Source: Eledone cirrhosa (Eukaryota). From it: DNA of 64,000 nucleotides. Under the pieces are notes generated by a model, which did no database searches, was not told the DNA's origin, and worked only from the letters and a program-made list of their open reading frames with translations. The stretch spans positions 39,618,001-39,682,000 of the forward strand of contig OZ024748.1 of NCBI GenBank assembly GCA_964016885.1, given 5' to 3'. Position 1 is the stretch's first letter, and every line of letters starts with the position of its first letter. A program made the position numbers and the translations under genes. Shown here one piece after another: positions 37,698 to 51,225 of this stretch.

Positions 37698-38293
37698 TAA
37701 ATAAATGGAAACTATATTTATAAAACTATATTTATAAACTATAGTTTTATAAATATAGTTTTTTAAATATAGTTTTATAAATATAGTTTATAAATATAGA
37801 TTTATAAATTATATTTATAAAACTATATTTATAAAACTATATTTATAAAACTATATTTATAAAACTATATTTATAAAACTATTTTATAAAACTATTTTAT
37901 AAAACTATATTTATAAAACTATATTTATAAAACTATATTTATAAAACTATATTTATAAAACTATATTTATAAAACTATTTTATAAAACTATTTTATAAAA
38001 CTATTTTATAAAATTATATTTATAAAACTATATTTATAAAACTATATTTATAAAACTATATTTATAAAACTATTTTATAAAACTATTTTATAAAACTATT
38101 TTATAAAACTATTTTATAAAACTATTTTATAAAATTATATTTATAAAACCATATTTATAAAACCATATTTATAAAACTATATTTATAAAATTATATTTAT
38201 AAAACCATATTTATAAAACTGTATTTATAAAACTATATTTATAAAACTATAGTTTATAAATATAGTTTTATAAATATAGTTTCCATTTATTTA
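37698..38293. mobile_element. AT-rich foldback-like element with internally repetitive (13-bp) inverted termini
   Basis: taaataaatggaaactatatttataaaactatatttataaactatag at the left end, with its exact reverse complement at the right end; the interior is (tatatttataaaac)n. Confidence 0.75.
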
Positions 38294-39121
38294 GTAATAA
38301 CAGTGCCCAATTTTCGAGTAATTTCTTTGTCTTGAAGACAAATGACACTTCCAATCTCACTTCTACCATCTCTTTTAGCAGAAATAATGCAGCCATCGAA
38401 AAAAGAAAACATTTCTTGCGATATCTCAACTAACGATTTATTGAAGTAAGCCTCTTCGTACATTTTATTGAGCCAACAGTTCTCACCATACATACTACTT
38501 TCGATGTATATCGGAATCGAATGTTCGCGACAGAGATCAGAAACTGCTTTCATGTTTGACATACTAACTGGTTGGCCACCACTACTTTTTGCTGGTACAT
38601 TCATTATAAGAAAGGAAATTGATTTTTTATCATTTTCTGCCAATAAGTTTTTGAGTGCTTGAACATCTAGATTTCCTGCAAAATTATTATCTGACCAATC
38701 TAACAAAGAAATCGCTTCAGCATGAAGATCCTTTATATGCTTCTCAAGTGAATAAGTAAAAGTATTCCCAATAACCTTATCTCCAGCTTTTGTGAAATAA
38801 GAAGCGACAATCTCTTCGCTGATACATTCAGAAAAAACTGGCAGAATGTTTTCAAAACCAGAAATATATGTTGCCGTGTCTTTCAAAGTTTCATAACTAG
38901 TAGATCCGGCATAACTTTCATCACCCATCCATATTCTTGCGTTTTGTTCAAGACTGAAAGCATTAGTGCCAGCATCTGTAAGGAAATCGATCATGACATC
39001 TTCAGGTTGTAATTTAAAGATGTTGTAGTCAGCTTTCTCGAGAGCAATTAATCTGTCGTTACGGTTATTGATCTTTATGTTCTCTACAATATGTATTTTA
39101 AATGGTTCGATAAAGTCGGAA
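38293..39121 (-). pseudogene. Inverted, 3'-truncated duplicate of tryptophanase-like paralog A
   Basis: Near-identical to 22639-23467 and keeps the acceptor (cctctcAG at 39123-22). It stops after GTVIT at the foldback element. Confidence 0.93.
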
Positions 39122-39967
39122 CTGAGAGGAAACGAAAATGTGACACTATTAAAATCCTCAGTTGTGTTATTTCGTAAATAGAAACAATACAAGCGGCCGA
39201 AATGGGATTCCTCTGAAGGGTCTTTGGAGTAATGTTACTCGATAGGGTGCGTAGTTCTGAGATCAGAGAGTTACTCCAGGTAGAGCCGCTACTTCTCCGA
39301 ATTGAGAGATCACAGCTCTGATACTATGGACATGTGGTTAGAATGTCTCAGGAAAGAATCACCGGACAGATTTTACGGGCAAAACAAACCGACAAGAAAC
39401 CCAGGGATCGACCCACCCTGAGTAAGATGGTTTGCTAACATCCATGAGCTTGGCTGGTGATGCTTGGGAGATCCAGCCGGATCAGTTGGAGACGGTTGCT
39501 TCTGACATGACTTGCTGGAAGGAGTGTTGGAGGACTCTGACCCCACGACCGTCTCAGAAATAACTGGACGAAGAAGAAACAATTGACTTAAGCTATATCA
39601 GTAAATCACAGATAAAACCGGAATTATATTTAACGTAATATCAACTGACAAGATAAAATGACAATAGCTACTGTCTTACATTGGCATTATGGTATGGACG
39701 TCTCCTTCCTGACCACTCCATCCGTGCCATCTTGGACTTTTTTTTCTTAACTATATATTGAAAATGTAAACACATATCCTTCGTAACCCTTAAATTATAT
39801 TTGAATTAATAACAGCATGTATATATTTTTATCTATTTATATAAATATGTATATAATTGACTGGTTGCCATATAATAAGCTAAATTGACTGGTTTCCATA
39901 TAATAAGCTAAATTGACTGGTTTCAATATAATAAGCTAAAGTGACTGGTTTCCATATAATAAGCTAA
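38293..39967 (-). repeat. About 1.7-kb inverted duplication of 21790-23467
   Basis: Colinear reverse-complement match with scattered substitutions. Confidence 0.95.
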
Positions 39968-40724
39968 GTACTGAGTACTATACGAACATGCTAGACAACA
40001 ACATGACGGTAACATAGACAACATAGAAATTAGAATAATATCTAAACATAGACATGACCCAGCAGATAGGCAAATCAGAGAGGCCAGTGAAATAGAAATT
40101 AGAAGACCAAAGCTAAACAGAAAGAATGAATGGAATAACAACAACACCCAAACAAACAACACTGACCTAAGAGAAGTATAAATAAGTAAATAAAATAAGA
40201 TAAATAAATAAATAAATACATACACAAGCACAATAACAACAAGCACATAAACACACACTAGTCACCCATCACACAGCAAACATAACACTAGACACACACG
40301 CAAAAGCATGCGCAAAGAAGACGAAATAAAATAAACAAACAAGCAAATAAATAAATAAATATATAGACAGACTGAATAAAAATGGCGTTGAAATACAACA
40401 CAACAGGAGGAAAATATAACACCACTGACGATGTTGCAGATGTGCAACGAAAGATTTATGATAAACTATATATATGTGTTTGTGTCTATATTGTATCTGT
40501 ATTATTTTTGACCGTCGGTCAGTCAATGGCAACATTGAGGACCGAGTAAGTTAGATTACCGATATAAAAGACAGCGAGAAGCGAAAGCCAACCAAACAGT
40601 GAGTGTGTTCTGTTATTAATTCTGGCAATATTACACAAATATGACCCTCCCCAAGTATAACAATATTTGTTTCGACACACGATTTCATATAAAAAAACCT
40701 CGCAAAACTAATTCATCGCCGCTA

Positions 40725-40912
<188 letters not shown>

Positions 40913-41010
40913 ATTTCGAAAAAAATATTGAAAGGAAGATTTTCTTACAGATCGGAGAAGTCCATGGCTGTTTCTTGTTGGTTTGGCAGATGTTTCGTAA
41001 AATTGATGTT

Positions 41011-41405
41011 ATTTATGGTAGATCACCTCCCACGTAAATCTCTGGCCTGTCATAAGTGCGCTATTGTGTACTGTTACATGTCGATCGTGGAATAATTATG
41101 TCATAGATAGATAGCGTGTGTGTGTCTGTCTGTATGTATGTATTGAGGCAGAAAGAAAGAGAGAGAGGCGATAGAAAAGGGAGGGTTTACGTAACAGTGT
41201 AGGATATAGAGAAGGCAATTTTAATAATTGTTTCTAATTTTGGCACAAGGCCAGCAATTATCCCAATGTATTACTGGTACTTTATTTTATCGACCCCGTA
41301 AGGATGAAAGGCAATGTTAACCTCGGCGGGATTTGAACTCAAACCGTAAGGGGACGTAACTATGCTAGAAAGCATGGCGTTCAACCCTCTGCCAATCCAC
41401 CGCCC
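41011..41405 (-). repeat. Inverted copy of 15165-15565 (unique flank plus family-1 SINE at 41228-41405)
   Basis: atttatggtagatcacctcccacgtaaatctctggcc is the reverse complement of 15529-15565. The 5' part of the SINE differs from the 15165 copy. Confidence 0.88.
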
Positions 41406-41409
41406 TTTT

Positions 41410-42935
41410 ATATAATAATATTAATAATAATAATGTCCGTTTACAATTGTTTCGCTACTCCATATAATATTTCTGGATCAAATGATTATATATCATTATT
41501 GATCTGGTTCAGTTGAAAATAATTAACATAGGTAAAGATAGAGCAGCTCATCGGAACTTCAAAAGGAATATAAATTAAAATAAGGAAAGAATGTTACATA
41601 AATGTAATGTTCCATATATTGGTATTTCACTATGGTGACCTTGGTATATCAATTGTCTGCCATAGTCGAGCAGTATTCTTCTGTCGAGGCTGCATTGTGT
41701 GAGATCTGCATATGGGTAACAAGATGGCCGCCAATGGACATATTTACCTTACTAATTAGAGGGTGGTTTCAGGGGAAGTAACTCCTCGAGAGATTAGAAA
41801 TTGTGGGTAGTTTATAGTTAAGTGCTAATTTTTTTATTTTGAGACAATGTAAGGGATGTAACTTATAATTATTTAAGTTAGTTATAGCTATTTAAATTAT
41901 TAGCTACAAGTAAAAATGGGGCTAGATGACTATGTTGGCGAAGGAAATAGCCCTTCGATGTTGACAGCTAATAGTTACCTCCGTTCTATCATTAATCAGT
42001 AGAGGTTGTGATAGAGTTATGTAATATGCTTCGGTAAGACAGAGGTCACAAGATTTTCTTCGTCCATTGAACGGTTGGGCCCTGAGTGTTAGTGAGTGTT
42101 CAATGTTGGTTAATTTAAGGTTTTTAATGAGCCTAGCTAGAGATGTCGAACATCTGTTGTTAGGGTCTCAGAAGGAAAAAGAGTGCGCGTTATAGCGTAC
42201 CTTAAATGGGTTAGAGGTAGACCCAATATAGGAGCTGGTATGCGAAGCAGTTTTAACTGTGCACCTATAGACTATGTTGGGTGTCAGGCAATGTCCATTT
42301 AGTGGGCATGCATTAGGGTAACGGCAGTTGCAGTTACTTCTGCGGTTAGTGAGAGTAGGGTTGTTTAACCTAAGCGGTTGGTCAGTGCTAGAAGGATTAG
42401 ATGGGGGAGGTGTGCTACTAGAGTAAGTATTGGTGTAGTGGCATGGTGTATCCGATGAGGGCTGGTGGTACCGCGGTGTGGGAGTTATACTGTCTTAGTT
42501 TATCATGGTTACTGAATGTGATGTGGCAAGCTAAGTTAGGTGTTGTGGAGAATGAGATTTTAATGTTATTTTTATTAAAGAGTTTGTAATATCTATGGTG
42601 GGGGGGGGGGATGTTTAGATAGGATAGAGCAGAAGCATTTAGGGATATTAGTGGCTAGATTAGATGAGAATGGGGGGTTAAGCCAGGTGATATTTCTACG
42701 CATATTCCTTCTAGGGGTTCTAGTGGAGTTGGAACATTACATTTATGTAACATTCTTTCCTTATTTTAATTTATATTCCTTTTGAAGTTCCGATGAGCTG
42801 CTCTATCTTTACCTATGTTAATTATTTTCAACTGAACCAGATCAATAATGATATATAATCATTTGATCCAGAAATATTATATGGAGTAGAGAAACAATTG
42901 TAAACGGACATTATTATTATTAATATTATTATTAT
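41410..42935. mobile_element. Penelope-derived element with about 200-bp inverted ends
   Basis: 41412-41614 is the reverse complement of 42730-42932. The arms contain a hammerhead-like cCGATGA...GAAAcaattgTA. Confidence 0.75.
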
Positions 42936-43191
42936 TAGTCTCTACATTCCTTACATCAAACTAAAATATGTTGACAATCTTTTAATAATGTCTTCCTTGT
43001 GAAATTTGTGGTCTTGTTTCGCTTAACTAATGAATATTTCCAGCTCTGTGCACCTAACCTCTGCATGAACCCAGCCACCTAGCTGCTTTCTAGTGCATAA
43101 TGCACATTGAGCACATGCCTTTACGCTTTGGCTTCTAACTAATTCACCAATCTCTCCTCTATCTCTCTCTTTAAGATTGGTTACTCTTGAA

Positions 43192-43273
<82 letters not shown>

Positions 43274-44011
43274 TCGTTCTCAGAATACAGAAAAAATTTT
43301 TTTTTAATATTTCATGTTTATTAAGATTGTTATACTAATCGAAACTGATTATAATAAATGTAACAATCATAAAATTATTCCTTCCGTCGGATTAAAGAAA
43401 AAATAATCATTAAGTATTCATCGTCGTCGTCGTCATCATCGTCATCTATCTATCTATATATATATATATATATATATATAATAGAAAAAATGAGGAAGTT
43501 TCATTTACATATGAAAATATATATAAATAGGGATAGAGAGAGGTATGTAGATAGATAGAGAAACACATTATAAATATATATGTATATATATATATATATA
43601 TATACTAAGACAAAATACAGGTCTGTACCAGCAAGACATGGTCTCCTGACCCAAGTTATCTCATAACGCAACAAGCCATCTAACATCCAACACATGCATG
43701 TGTGGAAAATGGACCTTAAATGATGATGATTGTAATGATGACACACACAGACACACAATTTAACATCTGTCTTATGAAAACATGTTAAAGGTTTAGTATG
43801 CAATCAATTTGATGTCTTTGAAATGCACAAAACAGGATTATATAATTTTGTTATTAAAATAATATATGTTATTTCTCTGAGGAACTGGAATCATATGATT
43901 CCAGTTCCTCTAAGAGAAATAACAACCCAACCAGGAACTGGGCATATCGGAGTATTGACAGAGTTAAACACCTCAACAACATGTGTACCCGTCTCTACCA
44001 CACCAATTTGG

Positions 44012-44066
44012 ACTGCCTGAAGAGGTCACAGCCAAAGATGGCTGTCACCGAAATATACATAGCAGT
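44012..44066 (+). ncRNA. Minimal type I hammerhead ribozyme
   Basis: actgc-CTGAAGA-ggtcacagcc-aaagat-ggctgtcacc-GAAA-tataca-TA-gcagt: 5-bp stem I, long stem II, minimal stem III, with AATAAA just downstream. Confidence 0.85.
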
Positions 44067-44116
44067 ACACCGTTAATAAACGAAGCCAAATTTTAAATAT
44101 TTGACTAATTAATTTT

Positions 44117-44152
<36 letters not shown>

Positions 44153-44799
44153 CAAAGAAGAGAGACGGTTTTATGTATACATCCTCTGTTTATTATATAA
44201 TCCTGTTTTGTGCATTTCAAAGACATCAAAGTCATTGTATATAGATATATATATATATAATGAACCAGTTGTCCAATGTAGTTAATTTATTTCAGGTAAG
44301 ATATCTTAGTTAGTTTGGACCAAGCCGTTACTATCAAACATGTGATCAAAATCATATTCATAGTTGGGAGAAAAGTCTTCTAAATTCAGATCCGCAATGC
44401 TGAAACGTATGGAAGGAAAACACAGAAAAAAGACAAATCAATGTTTATGAAGGAACAAGAAAATAAGAGAGGCAAGTTAAAACAATTATATTTCAAAGAC
44501 TCAATGTATAGTCATGACACAAGTATTATAACGGGGAATTGGTAGACACATTAACTCTTAACGCCAGTTTTACTTGAAACCACATTAGTAAGACACTCTT
44601 GAAAAGTTCAAAACAAGACTATGACTGCATCATATTAAGTATTCAAGTCTTTAGTTTACAGCAAATTTTCACAAGTGTGTCCAATTGTAAAGACACTATA
44701 AACATTAGAATAAACGAACCAGTTTTTAGATATTTTCTATTGAAGAATTGCAAGATGTTAAGAGTTCAATGTCAGCTTAATTCATTACCATATTTCTGA

Positions 44800-47700
44800 C
44801 AAAAGACATTGTATGTCATTAACCCTTTCATTACCATACTTCTAATGAAAGACAAAGTCTATGTCATTAACCCTTTCATTACCATATTTCTAATGAATGA
44901 CACTGTCTATGTTATTAACCCTTTCATTACCATATTTCTAATGAAAGACACAGTCTATGTCATTAACCCTTTCATTACCATATTTCTAATGAAAGACACT
45001 GTCTATGCAATTAACCCTTTCATTAACATATTTCTAATGAAAGACAGTCTATGTCATTAACCCTTTCATTACCATATTTCTAATGAAAGACACTGTCTAT
45101 ATCATTAACCCTTTCATTACCATATTTCTAATGAAAGACACTGTCTATGCAATTAACCCTTTCATTAACATATTTCTCACAAAAGCCACTGTTTATGTCA
45201 TTGACCATTTCATTACCATATTTCTAATGAAAGACATTGTCTATGTCAATAACACATTCATTACCATATTTCTAATGAAAGACACTGCCTATGTCATTAA
45301 CACATTCATTACCATATTTCTAATGTAAGACACTGTCTGTCATTAACCCTGTCATTACTATATTTCTAATGAAAGACACTGCCGATGTCATTAACCCTTT
45401 CATTACCGTATTTCTAATGAAAGACAATGTCTATGTCATTAACCCTTTCATTACTATATTTCTAATGAAAGATACTGCCTATGTCATTAACCCTTTCATT
45501 ACCATATTTCTAATGAAAGACACTGTCTATGACATTAACCCTTTATTATCATATTTCTAATGAAAGACACTGTCTATGTCATTAACCCTTTATTATCATA
45601 TTTCTAATGAAAGACACTGTCTATGTCATTAACCCTTTCATTAACATATTTCTCACAAAAATACTGCCTATGTCCATATTACCATATTTCTAATGAAAGA
45701 CACTGTCTATGTCATTAACTCTTTCATTACCATATTTCTAATGAAAGACACTGTCTATTTCATTAACCCTTTCATTACCATATTTCTAATGAAAGACACT
45801 GCCAATGTCATTAACCCTTTCCTTACCATATTTCTAATGTAAGACACTGTCTGTCATTAACCCTGTCATTACTATATTTCTAATGAAAGACACTGCCTAT
45901 GTCATTAACCCTTTCATTACCGTATTTCTAATGAAAGACACTGTCTATGTCATTAACCCTTTCATTACTATATTTCTAATGAAAGATACTGCCTATGTCA
46001 TTAACCCTTTCATTACCATATTTCTAATGAAAGACACTGTCTATGACATTAACCCTTTATTATCATATTTCTAATGAAAGACACTGTCTATGTCATTAAC
46101 CCTTTATTATCATATTTCTAATGAAAGACACTGTCTATGTCATTAACCCTTTCATTAACATATTTCTCACAAAAATACTGCCTATGTCCATATTACCATA
46201 TTTCTAATGAAAGACACTGTCTATGTCATTAACTCTTTCATTACCATATTTCTAATGAAAGACACTGTCTATTTCATTAACCCTTTCATTACCATATTTC
46301 TAATGAAAGACACTGCCAATGTCATTAACCCTTTCCTTACCATATTTCTAATGTAAGACACTGTCTGTCATTAACCCTGTCATTACTATATTTCTAATGA
46401 AAGACACTGCCTATGTCATTAACCCTTTCATTACCGTATTTCTAATGAAAGACACTGTCTATGTCATTAACCCTTTCATTACTATATTTCTAATGAAAGA
46501 TACTGCCTATGTCATTAACCCTTTCATTACCATATTTCTAATGAAAGACACTGTCTATGACATTAACCCTTTATTATCATATTTCTAATGAAAGACACTG
46601 TCGATGTCATTAACCCTTTCATTAACATATTTCTCACAAAAGATACTGCCTATGTCCATATTACCATATTTCTAATGAAAGACACTCTCTATGTCATTAA
46701 CTCTTTCATTACCATATTTCTAATGAAAGACACTGTCTATTTCATTAACCCTTTCATTACCATATTTCTAATGAAAGACACTGCCAATGTCATTAACACT
46801 TTCATTACCATATTTCTGACACTGTTTATGTCATTAACCCTTTCATTACCATATTTCTAATGAAAGACACTGTCTATGTCATTAACCCTTTCATTACCAT
46901 ATTTCTAATGAAAGACACTGTCTATTTCATTAACCCTTTCATTACCATATTTCTAATGAAAGTCATTGTCTATTTCATTAACCCTTTCATTACCATATTT
47001 CTAATGAAAGACACTGTCTATTTCATGAACCCTTTCATTACCATATTTCTAATGAAAGACACTGTCTATTTCATTAACCCTTTCATTACCATATTTCTAA
47101 TGAAAGACACTGTCTATTTTATTAACCCTTTCATTACCATATTTCTAATGAAAGTCACTGTCTATTTCATTAACCCTTTCAATACCATATTTCTAATGAA
47201 AGACACTGTCTATGTCATTAACCCTTTCATTACCATATTTCTAATGAAAGTCACTGTCTATGTCATTAACCCTTTCATTACCATATTTCTAATGAAAGAC
47301 ACTGTCTATTTCATTAACCCTTTCATTACCATATTTCTAATGAAAGACACTGTCTATTTCATTAACCCTTTCATTACCATATTTCTAATGAAAGACACTG
47401 TCTATTTCTTTAACCCTTTCATTACCATATTTCTAATGAAAGACACTCTCTATGTCATTAACCCTTTCATTACCATATTTCTAATGAAAGTCACTGTCTA
47501 TGTCATTAACCCTTTCATTACCATATTTCTAATGAAATTCACAGCCTATGTCATTAACCCTTTCATTACCATATTTCTAATGAAAGACACTGTCTATGTC
47601 ATTAACCCTTTCATTACCATATTTCTAATGAAAGTCACTGTCTATGTCATTAACCTTTTCATTACCATATTTCTAATGAAAGACACTGTCTATGTCATCA

Positions 47701-49857
47701 ACCCTTTCATTACCATATTTCTAATGAAAGTCACTGTCTATTTCATTAACCCTTTCATTACCATATTTCTAATGAAAGACTCTGTCTATGTCATTAACCC
47801 TTTCATTACCATATTTCTAATGAAAGTCACTGTCTATGTCATTAACCCTTTCATTACCATATTTCTAATGAAAGTCACTGTCTATGTGATTAACCCTGTC
47901 ATTACCATATTTCTAATGAAAGTCACTGTCTATGTGATTAACCCTGTCATTAACATATTTCTAATGAAAGTCATTGTCTATGTCATCAACCCTTTCATTA
48001 CCATATTTCTAATGAAAGTCACTGTCTATTTCATTAACCCTTTCATTACCATATTTCTAATGAAAGTCACTGTCTATTTCATTAACCCTTTCATTACCAT
48101 ATTTCTAATGAAAGACACTGTCTATGACATTAACCCTTTATTATCATATTTCTAATGAAAGACACTGTCGATGTCATTAACCCTTTCATTAACATATTTC
48201 TCACAAAAGATACTGCCTATGTCCATATTACCATATTTCTAATGAAAGACACTCTCTATGTCATTAACTCTTTCATTACCATATTTCTAATGAAAGACAC
48301 TGTCTATTTCATTAACCCTTTCATTACCATATTTCTAATGAAAGACACTGCCAATGTCATTAACACTTTCATTACCATATTTCTGACACTGTTTATGTCA
48401 TTAACCCTTTCATTACCATATTTCTAATGAAAGACACTGTCTATGTCATTAACCCTTTCATTACCATATTTCTAATGAAAGACACTGTCTATTTCATTAA
48501 CCCTTTCATTACCATATTTCTAATGAAAGTCATTGTCTATTTCATTAACCCTTTCATTACCATATTTCTAATGAAAGACACTGTCTATTTCATGAACCCT
48601 TTCATTACCATATTTCTAATGAAAGACACTGTCTATTTCATTAACCCTTTCATTACCATATTTCTAATGAAAGACACTGTCTATTTTATTAACCCTTTCA
48701 TTACCATATTTCTAATGAAAGTCACTGTCTATTTCATTAACCCTTTCATTACCATATTTCTAATGAAAGACACTGTCTATGTCATTAACCCTTTCATTAC
48801 CATATTTCTAATGAAAGTCACTGTCTATGTCATTAACCCTTTCATTACCATATTTCTAATGAAAGACACTGTCTATTTCATTAACCCTTTCATTACCATA
48901 TTTCTAATGAAAGACACTGTCTATTTCATTAACCCTTTCATTACCATATTTCTAATGAAAGACACTGTCTATTTCTTTAACCCTTTCATTACCATATTTC
49001 TAATGAAAGACACTCTCTATGTCATTAACCCTTTCATTACCATATTTCTAATGAAAGTCACTGTCTATGTCATTAACCCTTTCATTACCATATTTCTAAT
49101 GAAATTCACAGCCTATGTCATTAACCCTTTCATTACCATATTTCTAATGAAAGACACTGTCTATGTCATTAACCCTTTCATTACCATATTTCTAATGAAA
49201 GTCACTGTCTATGTCATTAACCTTTTCATTACCATATTTCTAATGAAAGACACTGTCTATGTCATCAACCCTTTCATTACCATATTTCTAATGAAAGTCA
49301 CTGTCTATTTCATTAACCCTTTCATTACCATATTTCTAATGAAAGACTCTGTCTATGTCATTAACCCTTTCATTACCATATTTCTAATGAAAGTCACTGT
49401 CTATGTCATTAACCCTTTCATTACCATATTTCTAATGAAAGTCACTGTCTATGTGATTAACCCTGTCATTACCATATTTCTAATGAAAGTCACTGTCTAT
49501 GTGATTAACCCTGTCATTAACATATTTCTAATGAAAGTCATTGTCTATGTCATTAACCCTTTCATTACCATATTTCTAATGAAAGTCACTGTCTATTTCA
49601 TTAACCCTTTCATTACCATATTTCTAATGAAAGACACTGTCTATGTCATTAAACCTTTCACTACCATATTTCTAATGAAAGTCACTGTCTATGTCATTAA
49701 CCCTTTCATTACCATATTTCTAATGAAAGTCACTGTCTATGTCATTAACCCTTTCATTACCATATTTCTAATGAAAGACACTGTCTATGTCATTAACCCT
49801 TTCATTACCATATTTCTAATGAAAGTCACTGTCTATGTCATTAACCCTTTCATTACT
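44800..49857. repeat. 48-bp satellite (about 105 units) with 514-bp and 1567-bp higher-order repeats
   Basis: Unit: atgaaagacactgtctatgtcattaaccctttcattaccatatttcta. Variant patterns recur at 45369/45883/46397 and 46588/48155. Confidence 0.97.
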
Positions 49858-49877
49858 AAATATACCAATAATAATAA

Positions 49878-49993
49878 TCTATACTATAAAAGAGAAGCTC
49901 TTTGTCCCTCTGTCTGTCCGTCTCAACATATAGGTAGAAGTGAAATGGGAAGAACTGGATTGTCGTTGCTAAGAGAGTGAGAGAGAGAGAGAG

Positions 49994-50056
<63 letters not shown>

Positions 50057-50070
50057 CAGAGAGAAAGAGT
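49878..50070 (+). mobile_element. Helitron-like 5' end followed by (GA)n
   Basis: a|TCtatactataaaa..ctctgtctgtccgtc resembles non-autonomous Helitron 5' termini. Confidence 0.45.
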
Positions 50071-50319
50071 ATGTGAAATATAGATATATAGTTTAAAGCT
50101 TAATTCAAGGATTATGATGAGAATAAATTAACATATTTCAATATCTTTCTTTAGGAAATATTTTCTCTCGCGTTTATTTGCTTAATAATATTCAAAGTGT
50201 TATTAAAGTTCAGCAAGAAAGTCAATCTATTATTTGAACAATTTATAAAGGTATGTACATGATGATTAACAAATACTTTTACTGGCAGTGTAGCAACAAT
50301 ATAATATTAACAGCAATTT

Positions 50320-50455
50320 TGGAGGAGGGGAAAGTTGACTAAATCCACCCCAGTGTGTTACTGGTACTTTATTTTATCGACCCTGTCAGGATGAAAGGCA
50401 AAGCTAACCTTGGCAGGATTTGAACTCAGAACATAAAGGGCCGTAACTCTATGTC
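50320..50455 (-). mobile_element. SINE, family 1
   Basis: Reverse complement of the core. Confidence 0.82.
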
Positions 50456-51069
50456 GCGAATACTTATATACATAAATAATAATAATAATAATAATAATAA
50501 TAACTACGTAGTACTTACTGTGGCATAGGGCTATCTTCACACTCCATTCTATCAGTGTCATTCTGATAAATGTTTTCGTCCATTCTAAATTGTGAGATAA
50601 AGCATCGAGATTAGATTCAAGTTACTATAGGAAGAATTAAACTGTCTAAAAGTTGCTTCAAATGTATTGAAACTACCTTGGCCAGAAAATAACGCACAAC
50701 ATATATAGAAATAATTCTTTTACTGATTCCAGTAACTGCAGCCATGAAATATACTTAATCATATCAACTCCAGTACTAATGTTTAGTCAACCATAACACC
50801 AATCTATACAATTAGAAATATACCCATTTGAAACTTGTCCCAATTTACCTGTCACACCCTGTGTGTGTAGAGAGAGAGAAATTGCTGTATATGTGTTTAC
50901 TCATCTCTTAATGAGCAAAGAGAGATCGATAAAATATGTTACTTGACTTAAAACTAAGTACTGGGATCAATATGATTGACTTAACATTTCTAGGTTGTGC
51001 CCCAGTATGACCAGTTTCATGGCCGAAAGCAAGAATATTGAAATAAGAAATAAAATACATTTTCCTTAC

Positions 51070-51133
51070 CCAGGTACGCTATCAATAAGGGTATTTGGTA
51101 CATAGCCATGCAGCATCATCTGTCCATTGTCCT
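51070..51133 (-). CDS. Candidate 64-nt exon (..DNGQMMLHGYVPNTLIDSVP-G), possible leader of the minus-strand lyase copy
   Basis: Acceptor ttttttttcttgtgtttcttcAG and donor GG|GTAAGG, with an open frame containing ATGATG. It ends in phase 2, compatible with the acceptor at 39122. Confidence 0.5.
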
Positions 51134-51225
51134 CTGAAGAAACACAAGAAAAAAAAATTAATTAATGATGAATTTTGAGTTATTTACTAAAATTATTAAT
51201 TATTTCATTACTAAGACAGTAACGT

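Noticed and set aside
44285-44300. tttcAG|GTAAG recursive-splice-like site
   Set aside because: A single short motif with no plus-strand gene known to span it.
44800-49857. Possible hammerhead in the 48-bp satellite (CTAATGA)
   Set aside because: Essential G5 is absent and there is no correctly placed GAAA/NUH after a stem II.
44809-49980. Hydrophobic repeat ORFs (MKDTVYVINPFITIFL)n
   Set aside because: 48-bp satellite with frequent frameshifting variants.
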